In this document: one piece after another, positions 47,554-56,441 of the stretch
Layout of the letters: each line of letters opens with the position of its first letter
How positions within the stretch are numbered: position 1 is the stretch's first letter
Source: a virus
Length of the DNA stretch: 64,000 nucleotides
Virus record (IMG/VR): IMGVR_UViG_3300020183_000040
Location: 21,187-85,186 of that record
Reading direction: 5' to 3' (one strand)
Program-made: the position numbers and the translations under genes
The notes under the pieces: model-generated
Told to the model about the DNA's origin: nothing
Database searches by the model: none
The model's input: the letters and a program-made list of their open reading frames with translations, nothing else

Positions 47554-49009
47554 TATCAAAATTCGTAAGAAGAATGAAGTCTATCTAAAAATAGAAACAG
47601 AACCTCATATTCATTATGAGTTGTCTGAATTTTTCTGTTTTGAAGTAGAGTCTGCAAAGTTTATGCAGAGGCAGCAACGTTTCAAACGTTGGGATGGAAA
47701 GATTCGTCTATACTCACCTGGAACGGGAGAAATATATTGTGGTCTTATTGACTATCTTACTCAGTGGGCAAATGAACGTGGATACTCATATGAATTTGAG
47801 GAGTGCAAATTTTTTGGTCATCCAAAAGAAGAGAATGAATGGATCACTCCTGAGGGGACTGTAACTTTCGTAAAATCTCTGGGTCTACCACATCATGTGA
47901 GGGCGTATCAGTATAAAGCTGTATACGAGGCACTACGATATAATAGACGACTTTTATTATCACCAACAGCTTCTGGAAAGAGTCTGATGATTTATTCATT
48001 GGTTCGTTATCATGTGAATGCTTCTAGAAATGTGCTCATCGTTGTGCCTACAACTTCTCTCGTTGAGCAGATGTATAAAGACTTTGAGGAATACGGATGG
48101 ATGGCATCCAAATATTGCCACAAGATTTATGCGGGGGCAGAAAAATACACTAAACATCAGGTAGTAATTACCACTTGGCAATCTGTCTATAAGGAACCTC
48201 GTTCTTGGTTTGATAGATTTGATGTTGTAATCGGTGATGAGGCACACCTTTTCAAAGCTAAGTCTCTTACTACGCTGATGTCTAAGTTGCATGAATGTAA
48301 GTATCGTATTGGATTTACTGGAACATTAGATGGTAGCAATACAAATCAATTAGTTCTTGAAGGAGTATTCGGTAGGTGCAGTCAAGTAACTAAAACTAGT
48401 GAGTTGATGAAGTCTGGGCATGTAGCAAACTTGAAAGTGAGAGTTTTAGTTCTTCAACATAAACCACAGACATTTACAAACTATCATGAGGAGATAGACT
48501 ATTTAGTTTCTAACGTTGAAAGAAATAAATTTATTCGTCGCTTGTGTCAAGATTTAGAAGGAAACACACTACTACTCGTCAACTATGTCGAGAAGCATGG
48601 AGACCCACTTTATGAACTGATAAATAGTAGTACTGACAGACCAGTATTTTATGTACATGGTGGTGTAGATGTTGATGACCGAGAAAGAGTTCGATCAATA
48701 ACAGAAGAATCACATAATGCAATTATTGTTGCTACATACGGAACATTCTCAACAGGCATCAATATTAGAAATCTACATAATGTCATATTTGCATCTCCCT
48801 CAAAATCGAGGGTTCGCAATCTTCAATCAATCGGACGTGTTCTGAGAAAGGGCGACAATAAATTACAAGCAGTCCTCTATGACATTGCTGATGACATATC
48901 GAAAGGTAGGTCAAAAAGAAATTATACTCTAAATCATTTGATTGAACGGATCAAAGTTTATAGTGAAGAAAAATTTGATTATGAAATTTTAGAAGTAAAA
49001 CTAGAGTAA
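47546..49009 (+). CDS. uvsW: UvsW DNA/RNA-DNA helicase
   Basis: SPTASGKS, GDEAH, GFTGT and LQSIGRVLR SF2 motifs. Confidence 0.96.
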   Translation: MSNIKIRKKNEVYLKIETEPHIHYELSEFFCFEVESAKFMQRQQRFKRWDGKIRLYSPGTGEIYCGLIDYLTQWANERGYSYEFEECKFFGHPKEENEWITPEGTVTFVKSLGLPHHVRAYQYKAVYEALRYNRRLLLSPTASGKSLMIYSLVRYHVNASRNVLIVVPTTSLVEQMYKDFEEYGWMASKYCHKIYAGAEKYTKHQVVITTWQSVYKEPRSWFDRFDVVIGDEAHLFKAKSLTTLMSKLHECKYRIGFTGTLDGSNTNQLVLEGVFGRCSQVTKTSELMKSGHVANLKVRVLVLQHKPQTFTNYHEEIDYLVSNVERNKFIRRLCQDLEGNTLLLVNYVEKHGDPLYELINSSTDRPVFYVHGGVDVDDRERVRSITEESHNAIIVATYGTFSTGINIRNLHNVIFASPSKSRVRNLQSIGRVLRKGDNKLQAVLYDIADDISKGRSKRNYTLNHLIERIKVYSEEKFDYEILEVKLE

Positions 49010-49013
49010 ACGT

Positions 49014-49463
49014 ATGCTCAACTATGTAAGACAAGATGAAGAATTTTACTGCCACCTCAAGTTGGTTAGTAACGATGAAATCATGGGTAAATGTGTAGTT
49101 CATTTTGATGATGAACTACAAAAGAGAGTTGTGTTTGTACAAGAACCTGTGCAAATTACTATCTTCTTGAACGAACGCCCAGATGGTAAGACGGTTCGTG
49201 GAATAGGATTCACTAAGTGGATGCAATTTTCAGATGAAGATTTTTTCATCATCACTGAAGATCATGTTGTGAGCATGGCAAGTCTTGCCCCTGACATGAT
49301 AGAAATGTATGAGAAATTTTTGGTGTCGGAGGAAGAAGATAAAATCAAAGATGAAGATATGGATAAACTGAAGAAAAATGCTGCCAAACCCGAAAAGATG
49401 TTAGGTCACATAGGAACAATTGAAGAGGCTAGAAAGAAGTTTGAAGCTATGTTCAAGCTATAG
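49014..49463 (+). CDS. Hypothetical protein (Sm-like gene typically found between uvsW and gp55)
   Basis: LKLVSNDEIMG...KWMQFSDEDFFII pattern; synteny. Confidence 0.75.
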   Translation: MLNYVRQDEEFYCHLKLVSNDEIMGKCVVHFDDELQKRVVFVQEPVQITIFLNERPDGKTVRGIGFTKWMQFSDEDFFIITEDHVVSMASLAPDMIEMYEKFLVSEEEDKIKDEDMDKLKKNAAKPEKMLGHIGTIEEARKKFEAMFKL

Positions 49464-49491
49464 ATATTGAATTTCAACCCTTACAGTGTTG

Positions 49492-49520
49492 ATTGTACTG
49501 AAAAAAGTGACCATTGTCAA
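49492..49520 (-). promoter_or_regulatory. Antisense sigma70-type promoter
   Basis: Reverse strand reads TTGACA (49520-49515)-17nt-TACAAT (49497-49492). Confidence 0.6.
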
Positions 49521-49542
49521 GTCCTTTATTATGTGTTATACT
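49514..49542 (+). promoter_or_regulatory. sigma70-type promoter for gp55
   Basis: TTGTCA-17nt-TATACT with extended TG. Confidence 0.7.
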
Positions 49543-49564
49543 TTAGAGACTTACAAACGTAACA

Positions 49565-50158
49565 ATGATATCAACCGCAGTCACCTGGCCACCAGTGTCA
49601 AATTCAACTTGTAATAACCAGACATCAATAATGAAGAAAAGAAAAGAAAAAGAACACTACGTTGATAACAAAAAATTCCTTGAAGAGGTTATTCGTCTTC
49701 GCAATTTTTTTGCTGAGGGAAAGGACCTTGGGCACAATAACTATAAGGAAACTATCCTCTACTTTAGAAACCATAAAGATAGAAGAACCTCTGTAAAGTT
49801 TGTAAGATGTTATGAGTACTTGGGTGGAGTCTTCAAAAAAATTGCTAATCACTTATCATACAAACCAAATTTCATCAACTACATGTATAAAGATGATATG
49901 ATTTGTGATGGAATAGAAAACTGCATTCAGTACGTTCAAAATTTCAATCCCAGTAAGGGCGGTAATCCGTTTGCATATTTTACGCAAATCGTGTATTATG
50001 CTTTTCTAAGACGTATCGCCAAAGAAAAACGTCAACTTGATATCAAAGATAAGATTATTGAAAAGTCTGGATTCAATGAAATTGCCTCTGTTGACGGTGA
50101 CTCACCCTCTTCATATAATCAGATCAAATCAAAAATTGAAATGAGAATGAACTACTGA
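49565..50158 (+). CDS. gp55: Late-transcription sigma factor gp55 (start may be 49631)
   Basis: HYVDNKKF, KIANHLSYKPNFINY, DMICDGIENC and NPFAYFTQIVYYAFLRRIAKEK motifs. Confidence 0.94.
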   Translation: MISTAVTWPPVSNSTCNNQTSIMKKRKEKEHYVDNKKFLEEVIRLRNFFAEGKDLGHNNYKETILYFRNHKDRRTSVKFVRCYEYLGGVFKKIANHLSYKPNFINYMYKDDMICDGIENCIQYVQNFNPSKGGNPFAYFTQIVYYAFLRRIAKEKRQLDIKDKIIEKSGFNEIASVDGDSPSSYNQIKSKIEMRMNY

Positions 50159-51201
50159 TGAAAATTTTGCTTATTACTGATCAGCATTTTGGTGTACGTA
50201 ATGACAACCAGGCGTACATTGAGATGTATAAAAAATTCTATAGTAATCTTGTAATCCCATTCATTGACAAAACGGGAATTGATACTGTTATTTGTCTAGG
50301 TGATACATTTGATAAACGTAAGTCAATCAACTTTATGTCTCTAGAAGAGGCAAAGACTATGTGGTTTGATCGCCTACAAGAACTAGGAGTGAAGATGTAC
50401 ATGCTTGTAGGAAATCATGATATCTACTATAAAAATACCCTACGAATCAATGCCCCTACCGAATTACTTGGAGAGTACGAATACATCGATATTATTGATA
50501 CCCCTTGCACTCGGACTATTGGGGATCTGGATATACTGTTTCTTCCTTGGATTTGTGATTCAACTAGAGATCGATCCTTCAGAGAAATCCAAAATACTAC
50601 TGCTAGGGTCTGCATGGGTCATCTTGAACTTGCTGGTTTTGAGGCTCATCCTGGTTCCGTTATGGTAGGAGGTATGGATGAAACTATCTTTAGTAAGTTT
50701 GACAAAGTATTCTCTGGTCATTTTCATATGAAATCTTCAAGAGGAAATATCAACTATCTTGGAAACCCATATCAACTCTATTGGAATGACTATGGATGTA
50801 AGAGAGGATTCCATGTATTTGATACTGAAACTTTGAAGACTACTTTCTATCGTAATCCATATGATATGTTTAGAAAAATCTATTACAATGCAGATGGCAT
50901 TCGTTATGATAACGATCAACCATTGGAAGGAACGTATGTAAAATTGATTGTTGAAGATAAACAGAATCATGCTAACTTTAGTGAATTCGTAAGAACTCTT
51001 CAAGAACAATCACCAGCAGATCTCAACATCATTGAAAATTTTTGTGTAGATTTAGAAAACGGTGTTGAAGTTCTGGAAACCGAAGACACCCTAACTATGT
51101 TAGAGACCTACATAGAAGAAGCGAAAGATTCCATCAAAGGAGATACCGAGTCAATCAAAAAACTTATCAAGTCCCTTTACGTAGAAGCATGTGAAATCTG
51201 A
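50158..51201 (+). CDS. gp47: Recombination endonuclease gp47 (Mre11/SbcD-like)
   Basis: TDQHFG, LGDTFD, GNHD and FSGHFH phosphoesterase motifs. Confidence 0.95.
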   Translation: MKILLITDQHFGVRNDNQAYIEMYKKFYSNLVIPFIDKTGIDTVICLGDTFDKRKSINFMSLEEAKTMWFDRLQELGVKMYMLVGNHDIYYKNTLRINAPTELLGEYEYIDIIDTPCTRTIGDLDILFLPWICDSTRDRSFREIQNTTARVCMGHLELAGFEAHPGSVMVGGMDETIFSKFDKVFSGHFHMKSSRGNINYLGNPYQLYWNDYGCKRGFHVFDTETLKTTFYRNPYDMFRKIYYNADGIRYDNDQPLEGTYVKLIVEDKQNHANFSEFVRTLQEQSPADLNIIENFCVDLENGVEVLETEDTLTMLETYIEEAKDSIKGDTESIKKLIKSLYVEACEI

Positions 51202-51205
51202 TCAG

Positions 51206-51460
51206 ATGTACATACTAGTTGCCCCAGAGAGCGGTGGTATATATGCCGCAAGGGATATAGAACGCAAAAAGGTGGTGCAACTTTTTGTGCAGGAAGATGA
51301 TGCTATTCGGTATTGTAATATGCTTGTTGCAGAAGACTTTCGTGAAAATCTTGAAGTCGTAGAAGCCGAGGTTAGTACGGTGGTTGCAAATTGCAGGAAA
51401 TACGGTTATAATTATTGTATAATAGAGCCCAATCAACTACTAGTACCTCCTAAAGAATGA
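51206..51460 (+). CDS. Conserved hypothetical protein between gp47 and gp46
   Basis: Start revised to ATG 51206; LFVQEDDAIRY motif; ATGA overlap with gp46. Confidence 0.75.
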   Translation: MYILVAPESGGIYAARDIERKKVVQLFVQEDDAIRYCNMLVAEDFRENLEVVEAEVSTVVANCRKYGYNYCIIEPNQLLVPPKE

Positions 51461-53178
51461 TCACATTTGAAACTGTCCGTTGGAAAAATTTCCTTTCAAC
51501 AGGAAATACCTTTACAGAAATCGGATTACATGAATCTTCATCAACATTGATGATTGGTAGGAATGGTTCGGGTAAGTCTACCATCTTGGATGCGTTGTGT
51601 TTTGGTTTATTCAATAAACCATTTCGTAAAATCAATAAACCACAACTAGTAAATTCAATCAACGAAAAGGAATGTGTAGTTGAAATTGAATTTACAGCTT
51701 CTAATATCAAATATAAGATCGTGCGAGGTATCAAACCAGCTAAGTTTGAGGTGTATAAAGATGGTAAGTTACTTGATCAAGATGCAGCAACAAAAGATAC
51801 TCAAAAGTATCTTGAGCAGTCAATTCTAAAACTAAATTATAAGTCTTTCACTCAGGTAGTTATTCTTGGGAGTAGTACTTTTGTTCCCTTTATGCAACTG
51901 CCTGCTGCACATCGGAGAGAAGTTATTGAAGATCTTTTGGATATTGGAATCTTTTCTAATATGAATGTGATCCTAAAAGATCGTATCAATGTTCTCAAGC
52001 AAAAACAAATAGACTGTGAGCATATGATGAAACTTTGCTCAGAGAAAGTTGTAATGCAAAAGAAACATATTGATAGTATTGAGCAAATCAAAGAGGAGCG
52101 TCTTGGTGAAAAGGCACAAAAGATTTCTGCCAATAAAAATGAAATTCACAGGATCACTGGAGAACTTGGTAATCTCAAGCGGGATATTGAATCTAAAGCA
52201 ATCGACATCACAAAGAGAAAAGAGGTATCAGAAAAATTAGATAAACTCAAAGATGTACGTGCAAGAGTCAGTCAAAAACGTAATCTTGTTCGGAATGAAC
52301 TGAAGTTCTTTTTAGATAATGATGTTTGCCCAACATGCACCCAAAACATTACTCCAGAGTTCAAAGAACAAAAGAAAAAAAGTCTTGATGAGAAAGATAC
52401 TGAATATAAAGATGCAATAGATCAAATGGTATCTAAAGTTGATGTACTTGTAGAAGAACTTCATTCTCTTGAAGAGCAATCTAGAGAACTGCAAACTATG
52501 AGATCTATACACATTTCCCTTGAACGAGAGATCGTCAGGATGGAATTTGAGAATCTCAATATTGAAAAAGAGATTCAAGATCTACAAACTAACCAAACAA
52601 ATGTTGAAGTTGAAAAAACTGCATTGGTTGAATATTCAAAGGAACTTGAGTCAACGTCTATTGCTTGCTCTCAAGTAGATAAAGAATTTGATGAGTATCG
52701 AATTATTTCAAACCTTCTGAAAGATTCTGGAATCAAGAGTCGTATAATCAGAAAGTATATTCCAGTGTTCAATCAATTGATAAACAAGTATCTTCAAAGC
52801 ATGGATTTTTATGTGAACTTCTCTTTAGACGAGAACTTTGACGAAAAAATTATGTCTCGGTTTAGAGATGATTTTTCATACGCATCTTTTTCTGAGGGCG
52901 AAAAGCAAAAGATTGATCTGGCACTCTTGTTTACTTGGAGAGAAATTGCCAGAATGAAGAACAGTGTTTCCACAAATCTTTTGATTCTTGATGAAGTTTT
53001 TGATAGTTCTTTGGATGAGAGTGGCACACAAGAGTTGATGAAGATCTTGCGTAATCTTGGGAATGATGCTAATATATTTGTTATCTCCCACAAGGGAGAG
53101 ATTCTAGTTGATAAGTTCCTGAGGACTGCTATCTTTGAAAAAGTCAATGACTTTTCTAAAATGAAGTACGATGGATAA
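51457..53178 (+). CDS. gp46: Recombination ATPase gp46 (Rad50/SbcC-like)
   Basis: GRNGSGKST, CPTC zinc hook, FSEGEK signature, LILDEVFD and ISH motifs. Confidence 0.96.
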   Translation: MITFETVRWKNFLSTGNTFTEIGLHESSSTLMIGRNGSGKSTILDALCFGLFNKPFRKINKPQLVNSINEKECVVEIEFTASNIKYKIVRGIKPAKFEVYKDGKLLDQDAATKDTQKYLEQSILKLNYKSFTQVVILGSSTFVPFMQLPAAHRREVIEDLLDIGIFSNMNVILKDRINVLKQKQIDCEHMMKLCSEKVVMQKKHIDSIEQIKEERLGEKAQKISANKNEIHRITGELGNLKRDIESKAIDITKRKEVSEKLDKLKDVRARVSQKRNLVRNELKFFLDNDVCPTCTQNITPEFKEQKKKSLDEKDTEYKDAIDQMVSKVDVLVEELHSLEEQSRELQTMRSIHISLEREIVRMEFENLNIEKEIQDLQTNQTNVEVEKTALVEYSKELESTSIACSQVDKEFDEYRIISNLLKDSGIKSRIIRKYIPVFNQLINKYLQSMDFYVNFSLDENFDEKIMSRFRDDFSYASFSEGEKQKIDLALLFTWREIARMKNSVSTNLLILDEVFDSSLDESGTQELMKILRNLGNDANIFVISHKGEILVDKFLRTAIFEKVNDFSKMKYDG

Positions 53179-53187
53179 ATAACCCCT

Positions 53188-53275
53188 GGAGAGGTGGCCG
53201 AGTGGTTTATGGCAGCAGTCTTGAAAACTGCCGATGTGAAAGCATCCGTTGGTTCGAATCCTACCCTCTCCGCCA
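53188..53275 (+). tRNA. trnS: tRNA-Ser(TGA)
   Basis: GGAGAGG/CCTCTCC acceptor stem, GCAGT-CTTGAAA-ACTGC anticodon arm, long variable arm, GTTCGAATC, encoded CCA. Confidence 0.95.
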
Positions 53276-53349
53276 CGGAATGTAGCTCAGCTTGGTAGAG
53301 CACTCGCTTTGGGAGCGAGAAGTCGCAGGTTCGAATCCTGTCATTCCGA
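53276..53349 (+). tRNA. trnP: tRNA-Pro(TGG)
   Basis: CGGAATG/CATTCCG acceptor stem, CTCGC-TTTGGGA-GCGAG anticodon arm, GGTTCGAATCC. Confidence 0.95.
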
Positions 53350-53353
53350 CCTT

Positions 53354-53446
53354 GGGAGTGTAGCTCAATTGGCAGAGCGGAAAGCTTATACCTTTCGTAT
53401 ACGGCAGATTACCGTGCGGTTGGGGGTTCGAGTCCCTCCACTCCTA
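53354..53446 (+). tRNA. Atypical 93-nt tRNA-Ile(TAT) with an extra 17-nt arm
   Basis: GGGAGTG/CACTCCT acceptor stem, GCTC/GAGC D-stem, GAAAG-CTTATAC-CTTTC arm, extra TACGG-CAGATTA-CCGTG arm, GGGGG-TTCGAGT-CCCTC T-arm. Confidence 0.8.
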
Positions 53447-53447
53447 C

Positions 53448-53476
53448 TTGACAATCTAACATAAATACTCTATACT
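53448..53476 (+). promoter_or_regulatory. sigma70 promoter with a late-promoter-like ATAAATA in its spacer
   Basis: TTGACA-17nt-TATACT; ATAAATA at 53461-53467. Confidence 0.8.
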
Positions 53477-53499
53477 GATCAACATATATCATTTTAGTC

Positions 53500-53700
53500 A
53501 TGGCACACTACAAACCATACTCTCCTGAGTGGCATCGTTATCGGTATTTGAAAGAAGCACTAGACAAGTATCTGGATGAATATATCGACAACGAAGTAAT
53601 TCTTGAAGACATCACTGATATTTTATCTGAACGCTCTGAAAAAGCATATGAGGAATTCAGCAGGGTGAATGAATTGGAATCACTGATCAATGCTAAATAA
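53500..53700 (+). CDS. Hypothetical protein
   Basis: Directly downstream of a strong promoter; YKPYSPEWHRYRYLKEALDKYL. Confidence 0.8.
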   Translation: MAHYKPYSPEWHRYRYLKEALDKYLDEYIDNEVILEDITDILSERSEKAYEEFSRVNELESLINAK

Positions 53701-53716
53701 CCCTATTTGGAAAACT

Positions 53717-53788
53717 ATGAGATCAACTAATAGGGGATGCTGTGGGGCAGGATGTCCTGATTGCCCCTTCCGACCTAAAAATAAATAA
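53717..53788 (+). CDS. 23-aa Cys-rich microprotein (CCGxGCxxCP; not in ORF track)
   Basis: MRSTNRGCCGAGCPDCPFRPKNK; GGA 5 nt upstream; CTAAATA late-like site at ~53693. Confidence 0.5.
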   Translation: MRSTNRGCCGAGCPDCPFRPKNK

Positions 53789-53808
53789 CCTTACATCTGG
53801 AAAATCTT

Positions 53809-54135
53809 ATGCTCTCTACACAGTATCGTTTACGCTTGGAAGAAATCTGTAGAAAGATTAGTTTACATGAAAGCGTAGGGTTAGAAGATATGATTTGGGC
53901 AGAGAAGCTAGGTAAAGCAAACCGCACTGCAGGCACCATGCTACGTCAAGCAAGACGTAAAGCAGAGAATCCAGACATGCAGGAAGGTGATATGGATGAT
54001 TTTCTAAACCAATTGGACATTGGTGGAACTGGGCATGAGCGTTTTGGTCATCGTGGGTTTAGAAATATTGACGATATGACTGACTGGTGGACTGAAGGCA
54101 GAGATAAACCTGATGACTGGAGACAAAGAGATTAG
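53809..54135 (+). CDS. Conserved cyanophage hypothetical protein
   Basis: MLSTQYRLRLEEIC...DMIWAEKL...DDWRQRD; AATAAATA upstream. Confidence 0.85.
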   Translation: MLSTQYRLRLEEICRKISLHESVGLEDMIWAEKLGKANRTAGTMLRQARRKAENPDMQEGDMDDFLNQLDIGGTGHERFGHRGFRNIDDMTDWWTEGRDKPDDWRQRD

Positions 54136-54147
54136 TGGCACAACCTG

Positions 54148-54177
54148 TTGACAGCGAGGGGTAGTATGCCCTATACT
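54148..54177 (+). promoter_or_regulatory. sigma70-type early promoter
   Basis: TTGACA-18nt-TATACT, preceded by GTGGCACA. Confidence 0.7.
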
Positions 54178-54201
54178 AGTAAGGTATTCAGGAACACCGA
54201 G

Positions 54202-56295
54202 ATGCTTGTCAACACCGACGTAAAAGGAACACTTGCTAAATTACTGGCAACTGAAAACCTTCATGTTGAGCACCGTAAGATTTCTACGGCATACTTCGAT
54301 GTTCACAAACGTGTGCTTGCCCTTCCAATTTGGAAAGATGTTACAGGTGACGTGTACGACCTTCTAGTGGGTCATGAAGTGGGTCATGCCCTCTATACCC
54401 CTGAAGATGATTATAAGACCGCTCCAAAGGATTATATCAACGTTCTAGAGGATGCTAGAATTGAACGTAAGATGAAAGTTACTTACCCAGGACTTCGTAA
54501 ATCTTTTTATCGCGGATACCAAGAACTAAACAATAAGAATTTCTTTGGAACCAACGATAAAGATATTTCTAAGTATAACCTACTGGATAGGATCAATCTT
54601 CATTTCAAAGTTGGCACAGTCGATTGTATTTCAATTCCCTTTACAGAAGAAGAATTGCAATGGGTTGATCGCACAGCCAATACTGTGACTTTTGAAGACG
54701 TAGTAACACTTGCAGAAGAACTTTATGAATACTGCAAATCTACAGTAGTAGAAGAGATTACTCCTCCGCCACCACCTCCTTCAAATAACGGTGGAAATAC
54801 ACATTCTGATGAATATGATCCACAACCATCTGATGGAGAATATGATGATGAAGAAGAATGGGAGACTAAAGATGGGTTTACCAATGAAAAAACTGAAACC
54901 TCTGCATCAGATATCCAGGGTGGAGATACAAGTCAAGATATTCAAAACTCTCTGACACAACAATCACTTATTGAAAATCAAGAAACTCTTCTTGATGATA
55001 GTGCTCGTGAGTGGGTATATTTGACAATCCCTACTATAGATATGGATCATCATTTGGTTCCTTGGAGAAAAGTTGCAAATGATCTTCGCAGCTTCTATAA
55101 CGACACGTATGTTACGTGCTCAAATGTTGAAGGTAGTTTCCGTAGATATGCTCTCTATAAGCGTGGGGCACAGAAATCTGTAAATTATCTTGTCAAACAA
55201 TTTGAGATGAAGAAGTCTGCAGATCAATACGCTCGTTCTAGCATTGCAAAAACTGGAGTTCTAGATACTAACAAACTTCATAACTATCAAATCACTGAAG
55301 ATATTTTCAAAAAAATTACAGTGGTTCCTGACGGTAAAAATCATGGACTGATCTTCCAATTGGACTGGTCTGGATCTATGCAGGGAGTTATTATGGATAC
55401 TCTCAAACAACTCTATAACCTAATCTGGTTCTGTCAAAAAGTTTCCATTCCATTTGAAGTTTATGCATTTCAAAGTGGACTTCGTGACTCTCACGAATCA
55501 CCTCAGGAAAAGGATTTGCATACCATTTATATTGGTAAAGACTTCAGGTTGATTCAGTTATTCTCCTCCGAAATGAATACTCGTGTTCTTGATCAACAAA
55601 TGAAACATGTTTGGTCTCAGTGTTGGGGTATGGCGTCTCATGGTTATAGTCATGCATACGTTACAAGATATATGCTTGGTGGAACTCCTTTGGTTCAAGC
55701 AATCATTGCTACTAGGCAACTAGTTGCAAATTTCATCAAACGTGAAAAAGTGCAAAAGGTGAATGTTGTTTGTCTGACTGATGGTGAAGCAAATCCAATG
55801 AGTTATATTCTCCAGGATCGTACTGGTAACTATAGATGTTCAATGCTTTGTCATAACACAGCTAAAGTTCATATTCTCATTGACCCTATTTCTAAACGGC
55901 AACGTCGTATTTCACCTTACCCCAATCAAACTACAACTGAAATTGTTTCTTTCTACCGTAGTATTACTGATTACAACTGGATCGGATTCCGTCTCTGCTC
56001 AAAGGGTGAGATGCAGCAAAATGTTACAGCGATCAATTCTGATAGTGCTTATGTCAAAAAGGCAATCGACTGTTGGAATAAAGAACGTTATGTTGAACTT
56101 CGTAACGGTAGTGGATTTGATGTTCAATATATGATGCCAAACAAGTATATTGGTGAAGGAACTGAAGAACTCACTGTTTCTCAGAAAGGTGAGATTGCAA
56201 CCAAAACTGAACTACATCGGGCATTCAAAAAGCATATGGGATCTAAAATGGCAAACAAAACTTTTCTCAATAAATTTGTGGAGATGATTGCATGA
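54202..56295 (+). CDS. HEXXH metallopeptidase-like plus VWA-domain protein (CobT-like partner of CobS)
   Basis: HEVGH and EDARIE N-terminal motifs; acidic linker; MIDAS DWSGS, GGTPL and LTDGE; start revised to ATG 54202 (AGGA RBS). Confidence 0.85.
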   Translation: MLVNTDVKGTLAKLLATENLHVEHRKISTAYFDVHKRVLALPIWKDVTGDVYDLLVGHEVGHALYTPEDDYKTAPKDYINVLEDARIERKMKVTYPGLRKSFYRGYQELNNKNFFGTNDKDISKYNLLDRINLHFKVGTVDCISIPFTEEELQWVDRTANTVTFEDVVTLAEELYEYCKSTVVEEITPPPPPPSNNGGNTHSDEYDPQPSDGEYDDEEEWETKDGFTNEKTETSASDIQGGDTSQDIQNSLTQQSLIENQETLLDDSAREWVYLTIPTIDMDHHLVPWRKVANDLRSFYNDTYVTCSNVEGSFRRYALYKRGAQKSVNYLVKQFEMKKSADQYARSSIAKTGVLDTNKLHNYQITEDIFKKITVVPDGKNHGLIFQLDWSGSMQGVIMDTLKQLYNLIWFCQKVSIPFEVYAFQSGLRDSHESPQEKDLHTIYIGKDFRLIQLFSSEMNTRVLDQQMKHVWSQCWGMASHGYSHAYVTRYMLGGTPLVQAIIATRQLVANFIKREKVQKVNVVCLTDGEANPMSYILQDRTGNYRCSMLCHNTAKVHILIDPISKRQRRISPYPNQTTTEIVSFYRSITDYNWIGFRLCSKGEMQQNVTAINSDSAYVKKAIDCWNKERYVELRNGSGFDVQYMMPNKYIGEGTEELTVSQKGEIATKTELHRAFKKHMGSKMANKTFLNKFVEMIA

Positions 56296-56441
56296 AGTGG
56301 GAAGTTACTTACAAAATAAAAGCAACTGGTTCTAAGTACCATAAAAAAATTGTTGAAGCAACTACACAATATGAAGCAAAATCCCTTGCCCAATGTGAGA
56401 TGCCTGATGCTATACTGTGTGGAAATCCCCGACCCCTATGA
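56292..56441 (+). CDS. 49-aa hypothetical protein (not in ORF track)
   Basis: ATGA overlaps at both ends; GGAG RBS; MKWEVTYKIKATGSKYHKKIVEATTQYEAKSLAQCEMPDAILCGNPRPL. Confidence 0.7.
   Translation: MKWEVTYKIKATGSKYHKKIVEATTQYEAKSLAQCEMPDAILCGNPRPL

Noticed and set aside
52809-53464. ORFs 53249-53464 (+) and 52809-53303 (-)
   Set aside because: They overlap the tRNA genes and gp46, so they are spurious.
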